Assembly: GCA_002633005.1 (NCBI GenBank)
Contig: NMRA01000005.1
Span: 1,975,048 to 2,039,047 of the forward strand
Direction of reading: 5' to 3'
Length of the DNA stretch: 64,000 bases
DNA from: Phoronis australis
Taxonomy: Eukaryota; Animalia; Phoronida
Shown here: positions 51,903 through 64,000 of the stretch, piece after piece
How positions within the stretch are numbered: the stretch's first letter is position 1
Layout: each line of letters begins with the position of its first letter
Position numbers and translations under genes: made by a program
The notes under the pieces: generated by a model
Seen by the model: the letters and a program-made list of their open reading frames with translations, nothing else
What the model was told of the DNA's origin: nothing
Database searches by the model: none

Positions 51903-52303
51903 TTAAGTTCCAGATGGAAGACAACCCTGGGAAGTCTAATGATTAGTCTGGTTATAGAATTAAAGAACGGAACACAATGAAGGAAGACGCAGAAGAAATA
52001 AATCACTGCATTCGTGCCATGCGATTATGAGAATAATTTTCTTCTCTGGTAGGTCGTAACGATTGTCAGGAGTTGGCTGACACCGATTTTAGTTAATTAA
52101 ATCCTATTCATTTGTTCTACATATTTACAGGCAGTCTACACTTGATTAGTCCAACCTATGTCAGGTCGGTGATTTTGTAATTGTTCACAACATAATGCTT
52201 GAGAACATTCTAGAAGATTCCACCAAATAAACCATCCAATTTGCCCTCGGCAGTGGCGCTGGGCACTACGACTCCGTTTCCGTCGTCTGCTCCACTGTGC
52301 AAT

Positions 52304-53255
52304 CACAGGCGCTCGAATTTCCCGATGACTCATAACCATATATAAGAAACATAAAGGTTGGACACTAAAACTTTGCCAAGCCGAGGCTCCCAAATTCAAC
52401 TGTCCACAATCCAAATAAAATCTGCGTGCACCTCCCTCAGTCTGGTATTGCATAAACCTTCGAAGCCTTATCTTTCCTAGATCCTATTAACTGTCCTCGT
52501 GAGTGGTGAATTGGCGATGGAATGTCCAAAACAATCTCAAAAAGTTAGTATTTTAATGATTATTTGTAACTTTATTCCACCAACGGCTCATTTTAGCCCT
52601 TAACTTAGAATTTTATTGCATAAACTGGCGTATCTTGTTTTTCATCTTGACATCACGCACTTTTTTGATTGAAGCACAACACACACTCGGCCAGACGCAG
52701 TCCGTGCAAGTATTACAATGCGCGTGGCCGACGAGTAAACTCAATGGTTTTGGCCAAAAGCAAAACCTTCATGAGAAATCACAGTACACAAAATAACTTC
52801 GCATATCAGTACAGTATCAGGATAATTTATATTTGACACAAATATGTGAGTAATTACATTTATTTGGCAATAAAGTGCTCTCTGCTTCTATGATCAAGTA
52901 GTCGAGGGATTGACGATGAAAGCCGCGCGAAATTAGACTTTCGGATTTAGCTCGGAAGCGTCCTTCAAAAACCCGGATGTGCGAAGACCGTCTGCCATGA
53001 CATCATGGAATAAGTTCCTTGAATTTGTGATTTTGGAATTCTTTTGGCATTTTTGTCGCCAAATCACCACTCGAAGGCAATTTGAAGAGATCAAATGAAA
53101 GAAGGTATTCAAAGAGTTGTTCGATGCTAGTTTCGTGGAGTTCCATGCAAATTTTGAGGAAACAGATTTCGAGTGTCCAACCTTTATGTTTTCTTACATG
53201 TAGTCGTGAGTGACGTCATTTGCGATCGAGGAACAGATAAACCCAAGCGCCTGTG
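52304..53255 (-). mobile_element. P-like non-autonomous element, inverted relative to the 61816 copy; terminus partly duplicated to 53271
   Basis: CACAGGCGCT...AGCGCCTGTG termini; body is the reverse complement of 61816-62936 minus ~155 bp. Confidence 0.9.
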
Positions 53256-54130
53256 AACTCAAGCGCCTGTGGTCAAACCTTAACTTAAGACGATTTCGAA
53301 AGCAATCGCATCCTTATTGCCAACACAAAAAACGGATTTGATCTTTTGGGCAATTGAAGACTATTTTAAATACAACAACGAACTGATTGCACAAAATGTA
53401 AAACATGTAATAAGCATTACAAAAAGAACGAGGTTTCGCGCGCAAACGCTGTGGACCATAAACAAGTAAGTCTCTTAGTAATTACATTAGGATTAAAATC
53501 GTGCTAAAGTGGTAAAGCACGCGCGCTCTATCCGCCAGGTCGTGGATACGAGTCTGTGATACATGCAGTTTTTTCTGTTAGATACCTTCTCTGTTTTTTT
53601 ATTTTTTGCCTTTTTTCTTTGATAATAGTTCGGTAATCAAGGAAAATGCTTGATTGTTAGAGGAAAAAAACAGAAAAATTTCTTGGGTGGAAGGGCAAAT
53701 CCCCCCTCCCGACCTCCCCCCGTTCGGTCCTATGCGCATCTACAATCGTGCTTTGTGCAAATGTTTACAAACAAAATGTTGCTCCCCCTTGTGATCCTAG
53801 ATCCGCCACTGAATTTTGTGCACAAACTATATATAGTATCTGTGAATTATATAACGTTTTTGTTCCTGAATTTTATTAATTTTGTTCGAACTAAAAAGTG
53901 GGCATTGGCATTTGGCAACAAATTTACTGGTCTAACTTCCGTCTGTTTATAATTAAACATTCTCAAGTGAGCAGTGCTAAGTGGCCCTTAAAGTTAACTA
54001 GGCCGTTGGTTGTATTGTGTATGAGTCTTGGAATAGTGTGAAATGGTTCTCGTAAGGACAGTCGTTTATGAATCAATATCGTTGGAAAAAGTGAACAATT
54101 GGCCTAAAATTGGCCTTACCTGAGTAGACT

Positions 54131-54405
54131 GTCAAGAGACAATCACCCTTTCAAGAACAGAATGCTAATGAAATCTACAAGTGTTCACATATGTGCTAAA
54201 TATTGGCAAAAATGCTAAAACAGTCAAGAGATACTCACCCCAACAAGAACAGAATTCTAATAAAATCAATAAGTGTTCAGGTATGTACTTAACATTGACC
54301 AAAATACTAAAATATTCAAGAGACCACCAACTTTTAAAGAGCAGAACTCTAACGAAATCAATGGGTGTTCAGATATGTGCTTAATATTGCCAAAAATACT
54401 AAAAT
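54131..54405. repeat. Diverged 92-bp tandem repeat x3
   Basis: Units begin tcaagaga at ~54132, 54224, 54316 with shared cagaa..ctaa, gtgttca.atatgtgct, aaaat.ctaaaa. Confidence 0.85.
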
Positions 54406-55052
54406 CAATAATTCCAAAGAAAGGAAGCAGTCCATAATATCGAAAAACGCCGAGCTTCCTGTGCGTAGGCCTATTTAATTCAACGTACGGCCGCCACGGT
54501 CCCAGTCATGAACTGGAAGTCGGGACAAGTCTTAATTCAGTCAAATATTTCAGTTTCCTGCAATAGAACTTAACCGAAAATGAGCAAAATAATAAAACCT
54601 TTTCTTCTCTTTCTTGCGTTGCTGAAGGTTTTAAAAATGTTTTAAAAGTCATACCAAGGTAATGAATATTACTGATTGGTTTGGTAAGCATTGAAGACCT
54701 ATTTCGATTTTTTGTCTCCTAAACGAGGCGAAATGCGTCTTTTTTACTTTTCAACTGGCTAACACATAGAAAGTATTATGCAGTTCAACTTATACTACAG
54801 TGTGACAATTAACTTCGCTCTCCAGAAAACACAAGGAGGTGTCAACGTCAACCATTGTTGAAAGAAGGGAAGAAAGCAGTTATGGAGAAGTTCAGCTGTG
54901 GAATCACAAAATGCTGGTGTGGAAAAGGCAACGTGTGAAGAGCTAACATAAAAGAAACCTAGTCTAATTAAGAATTAAGAACAGAACCTTGATTAGAATA
55001 ATAATTTGTGTCAAAATTATCATTCAATAAGATATGCAACTTAACAAGAGTG

Positions 55053-57177
55053 AGATGATTGTTCTGTAAAACCAAGCACATTTTAAAAACCTTAAGTTGA
55101 ATACATGTAGACTGTTATGAACGCTATTGAATTGCTATTGAGCTCTATGGATGTTTTGTTTATTCATTTGTTGACGAGTGAGTTCTGAATGATATGAGCC
55201 TGCCACCGTGTTTGGCCTCTGCTACATGGAACTGTTTGTTATTGTCCATTCAAGAAAATTATAAAAGTCAATAATTATCAACTTTCATTTGTGCATCACT
55301 TTTGCGATTGAGTTACTGTGTCACATCACACGACTGCTAATAATCGAAGTTTTGAGGTAAACAGGAACTTGTAAGCGTTCACTTGAAATTATTATGAACT
55401 TGGAGTGTGAAACTTGCTTCACGGACTTGAATTTGGTGTACCCACTCAGCTGCGTTTCATTTTGAACCAAACGAAATTAAACATAATACCGTTTTGTGTT
55501 TTGTAAACATCATGCCGTGGTCTTACTGCATGGGAGCTAAAGGTTATTGGTTAGCTCGCATCATGTATCCTGTTGATGTGGACAGTTGGCCGCATGTGTC
55601 CCGGTCGTGTAGCCAGTTGGCAGCGCGTGCCTTGGTTGTGTAGTCAGTTGGCAGCGTGTGTCCTGGTCTTGTAGTCTTTTAGCACTGAGTGTCCTTGTCA
55701 TGTAGTCAGGATGGCAATTGACGAAGAAAAATTTTGTCACGAATGAATTCAACCAGTTTTCAAATTCAGTGGCTCTTATAAGTGGACCATGCATTTTGAT
55801 ACATATTATTGATTCGTTCTAATTCTTACCTATGTAGTGACTTAGTACCGAAAGTGTGTTCACGTAGTCAGGTAGAGGCAAAAAGTCAGAGGAACTTGCA
55901 CTGTGAATTCCAATAAAATAAGTAGGTGTTGTCAGTCTTACGACACTTTTGCAGTCCCATGCAAATTTCTATCTTGTTATAGCTGCTCTAGCCCTACGTA
56001 GCCATTTTGGTCCAAAACGTCTCCTGTAGACAGATTCTGCCCAGGTTAGGCACGTGTTTGTGCGCGGGTGTGTGTGGTTGTTTGCGTATGTGTGTGCATC
56101 TATATATTATTACTNAGATGATTGTTCTGTAAAACCAAGCACATTTTAAAAACCTTAAGTTGAATACATGTAGACTGTTATGAACGCTATTGAATTGCTA
56201 TTGAGCTCTATGGATGTTTTGTTTATTCATTTGTTGACGAGTGAGTTCTGAATGATATGAGCCTGCCACCGTGTTTGGCCTCTGCTACATGGAACTGTTT
56301 GTTATTGTCCATTCAAGAAAATTATAAAAGTCAATAATTATCAACTTTCATTTGTGCATCACTTTTGCGATTGAGTTACTGTGTCACATCACACGACTGC
56401 TAATAATCGAAGTTTTGAGGTAAACAGGAACTTGTAAGCGTTCACTTGAAATTATTATGAACTTGAAGTGTGAAACTTGCTTCACGGACTTGAATTTGGT
56501 GTACCCACTCAGTTGCGTTTCATTTTGAACCAAACGAAATTAAACATAATACCGTTTTGTGTTTTGTAAACATCATGCCGTGGTCTTACGGCATGGGAGC
56601 TTAAGGTTATTGGTTAGTTCGCATCATGTATCCTGTTGATGTGGACAGTTGGCCGCATGTGTCCTGGTCGTGTAGCCAGTTGGCAGCGCGTGCCTTGGTT
56701 GTGTAGTCAGTTGGCAGCGTGTGTCCTGGTCTTGTAGTCTTTTAGAACTGAGTGTCCTTGTCATGTAGTCAGGATGGCGATTGACGAAGATAAATTGTGT
56801 CACGAATGAATTCAACCAGTTTTCAAATTCAGTGGCTCTTATAAGTGGACCATGCATTTTGATACATATTATTGATTCGTTCTAATTCCTACCTATGTAG
56901 TGACTTAGTACCGAAAGTGTGTTCACGTAGTCAGTTAGAGGCAAAAAGTCAAAGGAACTTGCACTGTGAATTCCAATAAAATAAGTAGGTGGTGTCAATC
57001 TTACGACACTTTTGCATTCCCATGCAAATTTCTATCTTGTTATAGCTGCTCTAGCCCTACGTAGCCATTTTGGTCCAAAACGTCTCCTGTAGACAGATTC
57101 TGCCCAGGTTAGGCACGTGTTTTTGCGCGGGTGTGTGTGGTTGTTTGCGTATGTATGTGCATCTATATATTATTACT
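55053..57177. repeat. Near-identical 1063-bp tandem duplication joined at a single n (56115); probable allelic assembly artefact; contains a ~30-bp mini-array
   Basis: 55053-56114 vs 56116-57177 differ by only a few percent; junction coincides with n. Confidence 0.9.
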
Positions 57178-58299
57178 GTTTTCAATTTTTCTATAAAAAT
57201 TCATTTGTGCTTTGCTTACTTGTTTACCAGATTCCGTTCTCTGTTAACTCGATTTTTGAGCAGTACAGTTATCTGCAGTATCAACCTATAGTCATGAAAT
57301 AAAACTTTTAAAATGAAAATTTTAAAAAGAAAACATCGAGACGTTGCATGGGTGTTTGCAGCAACTTCCCATTCGACTAAAAAAAAACAAAAAAAACGCC
57401 GTCGGGCACGTTTGGGTGTTACCTCTTCCGTTCGACAAAAACTCTGTCGCGACGTTTTTGTGTGTTGCGACTAACGTTTCATCCTTGCGTTTTGGCGTAC
57501 AACACGATGTCCCGCCTTTTATCCGGATTAAGTCCCGCCATTCAATCCAGTTGTCCATTTTTTCATTATCGAATGGTGACCATGAGAATTATGCAACAGA
57601 AGCTCAAAATAACAATGTCTCTTCGTTATGAATATTGTTATTTTCCAGAGCTGTCAACTATCTTTAGTAAAAAAACAATCGTAAAATGTGTTCCAATGTC
57701 TCTTGTTCAGGTTAACATACAGTACATACATCAGGATCACTAACTTTACTTTCTGAAGAAATTATAATTTAGTACCTTTCTAAACTTCTATGGAAAGTAG
57801 TAGATTGCAACCAATGTAAAGAGCTATCCAAAGAACATTTCAAAGGTACTAACATAATAGATTTTGATCAGAATTTTTATCAGAAAAACCTTTCTTTGCA
57901 AAGTACGGATACATAGTTGGCGTAATTAGTTTATCACATTTTTGTAAATGTCACTGCATTCAGTATTTTTACAGTTGAATGTAGTTGTATCAAACAACAC
58001 CGAATGTCTAATCAATTCATCAATATATATGTAATTTTGGATGAATGCCTGAATAAATACTCCACTGCAATTGTGCCGGGTAGATATCTGTTGAATCATT
58101 GAAATCATTCTCCTGCTGGCTGCTCTGGTCACTTATGTAACCTATCTGGTTCATTTACTTTTTATATATTTCGATTACACAATGCTTTTTTCGCATTGTG
58201 GTAACGCTCCTGGTTTTTGAAATTAAGAAATAATATTTTCAACCTGTGGGATATGCGAAATGAACCATGATTTAAATTATTTATCTTTTGCTTCTAATA

Positions 58300-60745
58300 C
58301 TATCATTTAAGGCAAACAAGCCCTTTTGGAATGATGAATTAACGCAACTTTGGAAAAATGTGGCCCAAGAAGAAAAAGTATTTCTCAAAGAAAAAATACT
58401 AAACGAAGAAGGGAGCGACTGTATGAATATAAGAACTCTAGATATTACTTTGACAAGAGATTCAGGTTTTAAAAAGGCAGTATTTGAAAGATAAATTAAC
58501 AATCATTGAAGAATCATGTGAAAATGAAGGAACTCAAGAACTTACATGTAGGACCTCAGCTCAAGAAGAGACATGAAAATATTATTCCCTCAGAAAGATG
58601 GCAGGCCAGTTTTAGAGATTTGTTTGCGAAAATTCCAATGGCTGAAAGTCAAAACGTAGAGGATTTGGAGAAAGCAATGCAATATGCTGAATGTTCGAGT
58701 CATGTAAAAGAAGTACTGAAAAACACTTTTTCTTCTTTTGAAGTTTATTCTGTTATTCGCAAATTAAAATCGGGTAAGGCCACTGGTATAGACGATATCC
58801 CATACGAAGTGCTGAGATCCCCAGATATGGTTATTATTTTGGTCTCGCTCTTTTAGAAGGTCTTTGACAGTGGAGTTATTCCATCATTATGGTATAAAGC
58901 GATTATCACCCCTATACCGAAAGGATCAGATAGAGATTTGAATTTACCGCCCAACTATAGAGGCATAAGCCTGCTCTCCACCGCGAGCAAAGTGTATGGT
59001 AATGTACTAAACAGGAGATTAACCGAGTTTCTGAATGTCGAACACAAACTGAATGAAGAACAAAATGGCTTTTCGACAGGGGAGGTCTTGTCTTGACCAC
59101 GTGTTTACACTCACGTCTATTGTTAGAAATAGGATAGCTTGTAAAAGACCAACGTTTGCAATATTCGTCGACATGGAACGGGCTTTTGACAATTTAGATA
59201 GAAACTTTTTTGTTAAATTAATTAATTTAGGAGTGGTTGGAAAATTCTATCACTCAGTAAAATCGTTGTATGCGCAGACAAAAACCTGTGTACAATTAGG
59301 TCAGTCAAGTTATACCAACTGGTTTCCAGTACAAAGAGGGGTCAGGCAGGGGGATCCATTGTCGCCTACATTGTTTTCAATTTTCATAAATGATTTGATT
59401 AATGATTTGAACAGTTGTAGCAAGGGTATCAATTTTGATGGATATAATTTATCATGTCTGTTGTACGCAGATGAAATTGTGATTTTTTCGGGTAATGAAA
59501 CTTATTTACAGGATTTACTGAACGTATTGAGTAATTGGTGTGCAAGGTGGCAAATGTCTGTAAATTTTTCCAAGACTGATGTGGTTCATTTTCGCAAGAG
59601 CGGACATGTAAGAACGAGTTTTGAATTCATTTTGTGCGATCGCATTGTGAATTTAAGAGAATGTTATAAGTATCTGGGTGTAACTCTGAATAAGTTCATG
59701 GATTTCAGTTTGACAGCTGAGGTACTGGCAGACTCCGCCTCCAGAGCGTTGGGAGCTCTGGTGAGCATGCAAGTACAAACATATTGGTAACATGGGTTTC
59801 AACAGTTACATCAAATGTTTTGAAATGTCCGTCTCTTCAATTCTAGAATATGGATCTGGAGTTTGTTGATATTCTCAATACTCCAAATGCGAAATGATCA
59901 GAACGAGAGCACTACGTGTATTTTTAGGGGTCCACAAGTATGCTGCCAATGCAGTACTTTATGGTGATTCGGGTTGGCCAAATTCACACTACAAACAACA
60001 TGAAAATATGCTTAGGCTCTGGAATCGTTTAGTTCTAATGGATGAAAGCAGAATTGCAAAAAAGTCTTTTTATGGGACCTTAAACATCGGAACTCCTGTA
60101 ATTGGTCAAGTTCAATATTTAAAATTATGGAGAAGTGCGACGTTTTAGAAAATTTCAGGAACAAGCAAATTGTGTCTCTCGAAAACTTCAAAACATTCAG
60201 AATCCAGTTAGAAGAGTTAAACTGGTTAAAATTAATCACTGAGAAACAAAGACTGTACTTATATAGATCTGTTAAGAATGACTATTGTGTAGAAGAGTAT
60301 TTCCGTCTGCCGGTGTCTTAGAGGTCCGTCATAGCTCGATTGAGAGCAGGTATTCTACCATTAGAGGTTGGGCGGTACTTCGGAATTCCTGTGAATGAGC
60401 GAATTTGTCGTGTTTGTAAAAACGGAATTGAAGATGAATTTTATTTAATTTTTGATTGTGAAAAATATACTCACATTCGACCAATATTCCAAAATAACTT
60501 GAAAGGTCTAGCGAAATTCATTCAAGACGCTTTGCAGGCTAGAAGTAATTGTTTGTTTATAAATTAGTCTGAAGTGGTCATATTTGAGCTTGTGCAATAT
60601 GTTATGTAATGATTTAATTTTTATTAGGTGACTGAGTAAGCCCATTGAGGCTGGGGTTTTATGTGGTGAATATTCTGTCTTTGATATTGTATTTACTGGC
60701 ACCCTTATGTCACTATAATAAATAAATATATAATAATAAAAATCA
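58300..60745 (+). mobile_element. 5'-truncated L2/Crack-type (CR1 group) LINE ORF2 pseudogene with 3' UTR and AT-rich tail
   Basis: KLKSGKATGID, NYRGISLL, FRQGRSCLDH, GVRQGDPLSPTLF, LLYADE, YKYLGV, LPLEVGRY...ERICRVC...EDE...C; frameshifts and stops. Confidence 0.92.
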
Positions 60746-61286
60746 TACACAATCAACAACTGATGAACGGCTTTCTAGTTATGCGACTCTTATGCAAGTT
60801 TGTTGAAAGACGGTGGAGTTAAGAAACGTTTTAGTGACAGTAAATTTCATAGCAAGAGGCAACACCAGAATAAATGATTGCAAACAAATTCTGCGCATGC
60901 TCGGTGGAATCTTAGTAGCTCGAGATGGAAATTGGAATTCCAGGACTATAGTTCTATGCATCAGTCTATCGAAGGAGACAAGAGGTCTCCGAGATACTAG
61001 GATTAGGTAAATATTCTGTCCAGTAAACAAGTCTCATTCTCAATATATGATTCAAAATGTTGTTGATAACAACGCTAACTAAACGTGGTACTTACCACTC
61101 CATTTTTCTTGCAGCAATCTGAAATTAAATTGTTAGTTGAAACAGCTGTTGGGTGTCAGAGTATCTTGTGTAATCAAATAATCTTGAATCCAGTATCTGT
61201 TAACATTAAGGTCTGGTGATCACATTGATCTTTGACATCTGCTTCTTTATTAACCAAACGAAGGTGATTTCAATCGCTGTACTTAA

Positions 61287-61809
61287 AGAGGCATGAAACG
61301 CGAAAGCTCGTCAAGATATGATCTAAAGCAAACAATTTCTGACGAAAGTACCATCTCTCAACGTCTAGTACAGAGTAATTCACTTTCCCTTGTGAATAAA
61401 TTTCCAGAAACAAATCACAAAATTCACGATTTTTGAAATACGCGAAAAGGAAAAACTCTGTGGTTACCACAGAGTTTCTAATCTCCCTCCCACTTACGAT
61501 GAATATTCGCAATTGCTTGATGTCAAAGATCACATTTCCCTTACATGGAAAATGTGCTACGTATATGTCTTGCCATGCCAAATAAGGAGACGTGCTTTGC
61601 CTTTTGGGATAAAAATCGTCGAGCAGTTGACAGATATTGTTTTTTTTCGAAATTTGAAACTAAAATAAAATGCTTTGATATCAACGGAAACAAAAAAATT
61701 TTAAGAACAAACCCCTAAGATACCCGGTAAGCTGGTTGAATTCTGTTTCAGTGGCAGGGAATCACTTTCAATATTGCAATTTAGTCTGTTGATCGCTTTT
61801 CAGGCCTCT
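61287..61809 (+). mobile_element. Kolobok-like non-autonomous element
   Basis: TTAA|AGAGGCATGAAA...TTTCAGGCCTCT|TTAA. Confidence 0.85.
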
Positions 61810-61815
61810 TTAAAT

Positions 61816-62936
61816 CACAGGCGCTTGGGTTTATCGCAAATGACGTCACTCAATATTATAAATATAAGAAAACATAAAGGTTGGACACTCGAAATCTGTT
61901 TCCTAAAAATTTTCTACTCAAATGTGCATGGAACTCCACGAAACTAGCATCGAACAACTCTTAGAATACCTTCTTTCATTTGATCTCTTCAAATTGCCTT
62001 CGAGTGGTGATTTGGCGACAAAAATGCCAAAAGAATGCCAAAATCACAAATTCAAGGACCTAATTCCGTGATGTCATGGCAGACGGTCTTCGCACATCCG
62101 GGTTTTGACGGACGCTCCCGAGCTAAATCCGAAAGTCTAATTTCGCGCGGCTTTCGCCGTCAATCCATCGACTACTTGATCATGAGAAGCAGAGAGCACT
62201 TTATTGCCAAATAAATGTAATTACTCACATATTTGTGTCAAATATAAATTATCCTGATACTGTATTGATATGCGAAGTTTTTTGTGTACTGTGATTTCTT
62301 ATGAAGGTTTTACTTTTGGCCAAAACCATTGAGTTAACTCGTCGGCCACGCGCATTGTAATACTTGCACGGACTGCGTTTCCTGGCCGAGTGTGTGTTGT
62401 GCTTCAATCAAAAAAGTGCGTGATGTCAAGATGAGAAACAAGATACGCCAGTTTATGTAATAAAATTCTAAGTTAAGAGCTAAAATGAGCCGTCAGTGGA
62501 ATAAAGTTACAAATAATCATTAAAATACTAACTTTAACATTCTCAATTAGTTGAGTTTTGGATTAGAATTATTGAATTTGAAATATAGGTTGCTTGCTCA
62601 AACTCGAAGTTTCACCTACGACAGGCGTACAAGTTGAAGCACAACTGAAATCCGCCATGTTTACTATTTCAGGTCCTTGAATTCAGAGTTTTGAGATTGT
62701 TTTGGAAATTCCATCGCCAATTCACCACTCACGAAGACAGTTAATGGGATCTAGGAATGATAAGGCTTCGAAGGTTTATGCAACACCAGACTGAGGGAGG
62801 TGCACGCAGATTTTATTTGGATTTTGGACGGTTGAAGTTGGGAGCCTCGGCTTGGCAAAGTTTAAGTGTCCAACCTTTATGTGTTCTTATATATATTATT
62901 GAGTGACGTCATTTGCGATAAACCCAAGCGCCTGTG
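61816..62936 (+). mobile_element. Full-length P-like non-autonomous DNA transposon (~1.12 kb)
   Basis: ~75-bp TIRs starting CACAGGCGCTTGGGTTTATCGCAAATGACGTCACTC; perfect 8-bp TSD CTTTAAAT; CANRG terminus. Confidence 0.92.
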
Positions 62937-63580
62937 CTTTAAATCAGCTGAACATCAACCTAAACTGGCATAATATGATTCATAATCAAGGAGATCAACG
63001 CGGGTTATGATCACCCTGTCCACCGTTGATTCACTCGAGCTGAACACTATAACCGTGCTCCTACTTTCGTATCCAATGAAAATATACAAAAAAGGAACAC
63101 CGTGCAATCATTGAAATTATTGATTCGGAAAATTAGTGTAAATGAGAAAAATACGCATTCAGGTAAGATCGCAGCTCAATATTGTAAAAAAATTACCACT
63201 GCAATGACATCGTTTTCGAGATCTTTACCTGATTCGGGTAAATATGAGGGCAATTTAGCCCTTAAAACGTTTACGCACCATTTCCTAATTTTTGTGACAT
63301 TTATCGGATGCTAATGTTGGTTTCACAGCAGCAAAATTTGTCCTGAAATTCTGTTTGCTGGTATTAAAATACTAAAAACTCGTAACGAAATAAAGCCAAA
63401 CCATCGTGAACAATCCATCAGGAAATTGTAAATTTTCCACAATTTTGTAAGCAGGCCATGCGAGTGTGGAACCTCAGCAAAAATTGGGTTATGGTTCAAG
63501 ACTACGTGATTCATATCCAGAGTCCTGTGACTCGTGTATTTGTACAGCTTGTGCTGTGGGGTCGTCGCTTCGTGTTTTGA

Positions 63581-64000
63581 AGAGGCATGGAATGCAAAAA
63601 TTCACAAGAAATAGGTTTTAAATAGATCGTGGCGAATCTACTTCTTGGGGATGCTGACGTAAGAGTTATTCGCTTTGAATATTGCAAAAATGTCCTGAAA
63701 AAATCGCCAGATTCATTATTTTTGAAAGAGACGAAATATAAAATCTTTAATCCCAGTACAGTTTTCAAATTATGCGCCCCTTATAATCGATATGCACGTG
63801 TGCACTCAAAGAAGTCGGACTGGCTATCGCTTATAATCGCCATTATTTTGTTTATATCAAAGACCATATTTTCCATATAAGGGAAATGTGCTACGTCTTG
63901 CCGTATCAACTAAAGAGACGTGCTTTGCCGTGTGGGAGAAAAATTGATGAGACGAGCAGTTGACAGTCGACAGATCGTCTTTTCTGAAATATGAAATTAA
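63581..64000 (+). mobile_element. Kolobok-like family member running off the window end
   Basis: TTGA|AGAGGCATGGAATGC start identical to the 9838 copy; 3' part homologous to 10050-10180 and 61530-61640. Confidence 0.75.

Noticed and set aside
53500-53556. tRNA gene
   Set aside because: Only degenerate A/B-box-like words and no cloverleaf; at best an old SINE head
55580-55715. ~30-bp repeat array as CRISPR or coding repeat
   Set aside because: Degenerate minisatellite without spacers; ORF is not protein-like
55053-57177. Recent 1-kb tandem duplication as a biological event
   Set aside because: Junction is exactly a single n and the copies differ at allelic level; most likely an uncollapsed haplotype overlap

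Overview
AT-rich, intron-containing eukaryotic (metazoan invertebrate-like) genomic DNA with one 694-N gap. The genic content is a minus-strand innate-immunity/cell-death cluster. (i) Two paralogous STAND NTPase genes of NB-ARC + TPR architecture (about 17440-20632 and 34870-37460). Each encodes the whole NB-ARC-TPR module in one ~2.15 kb phase-1 terminal exon and appears to lack any N-terminal signalling domain. (ii) Directly downstream on the same strand, a multi-exon gene that the ORF track does not assemble (about 3994-13048). It splices into TIR/SEFIR-like domain - 24-aa acidic repeats - Death domain - CARD, with an apparent 1-nt frameshift just before the Death domain. (iii) An orphan helical terminal exon at 48209-48433. 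The rest is mostly transposon debris: Tx1/L1, RTE and L2/Crack-type LINEs, Penelope (GIY-YIG) copies with a degenerate hammerhead-like motif, a Gypsy fragment split by a THAP-bearing Kolobok-like element, P-like and Kolobok-like non-autonomous DNA elements, fold-backs and tandem duplications (one probably an assembly artefact). All domain calls come from motif recognition by eye and all splice models are unverified predictions.
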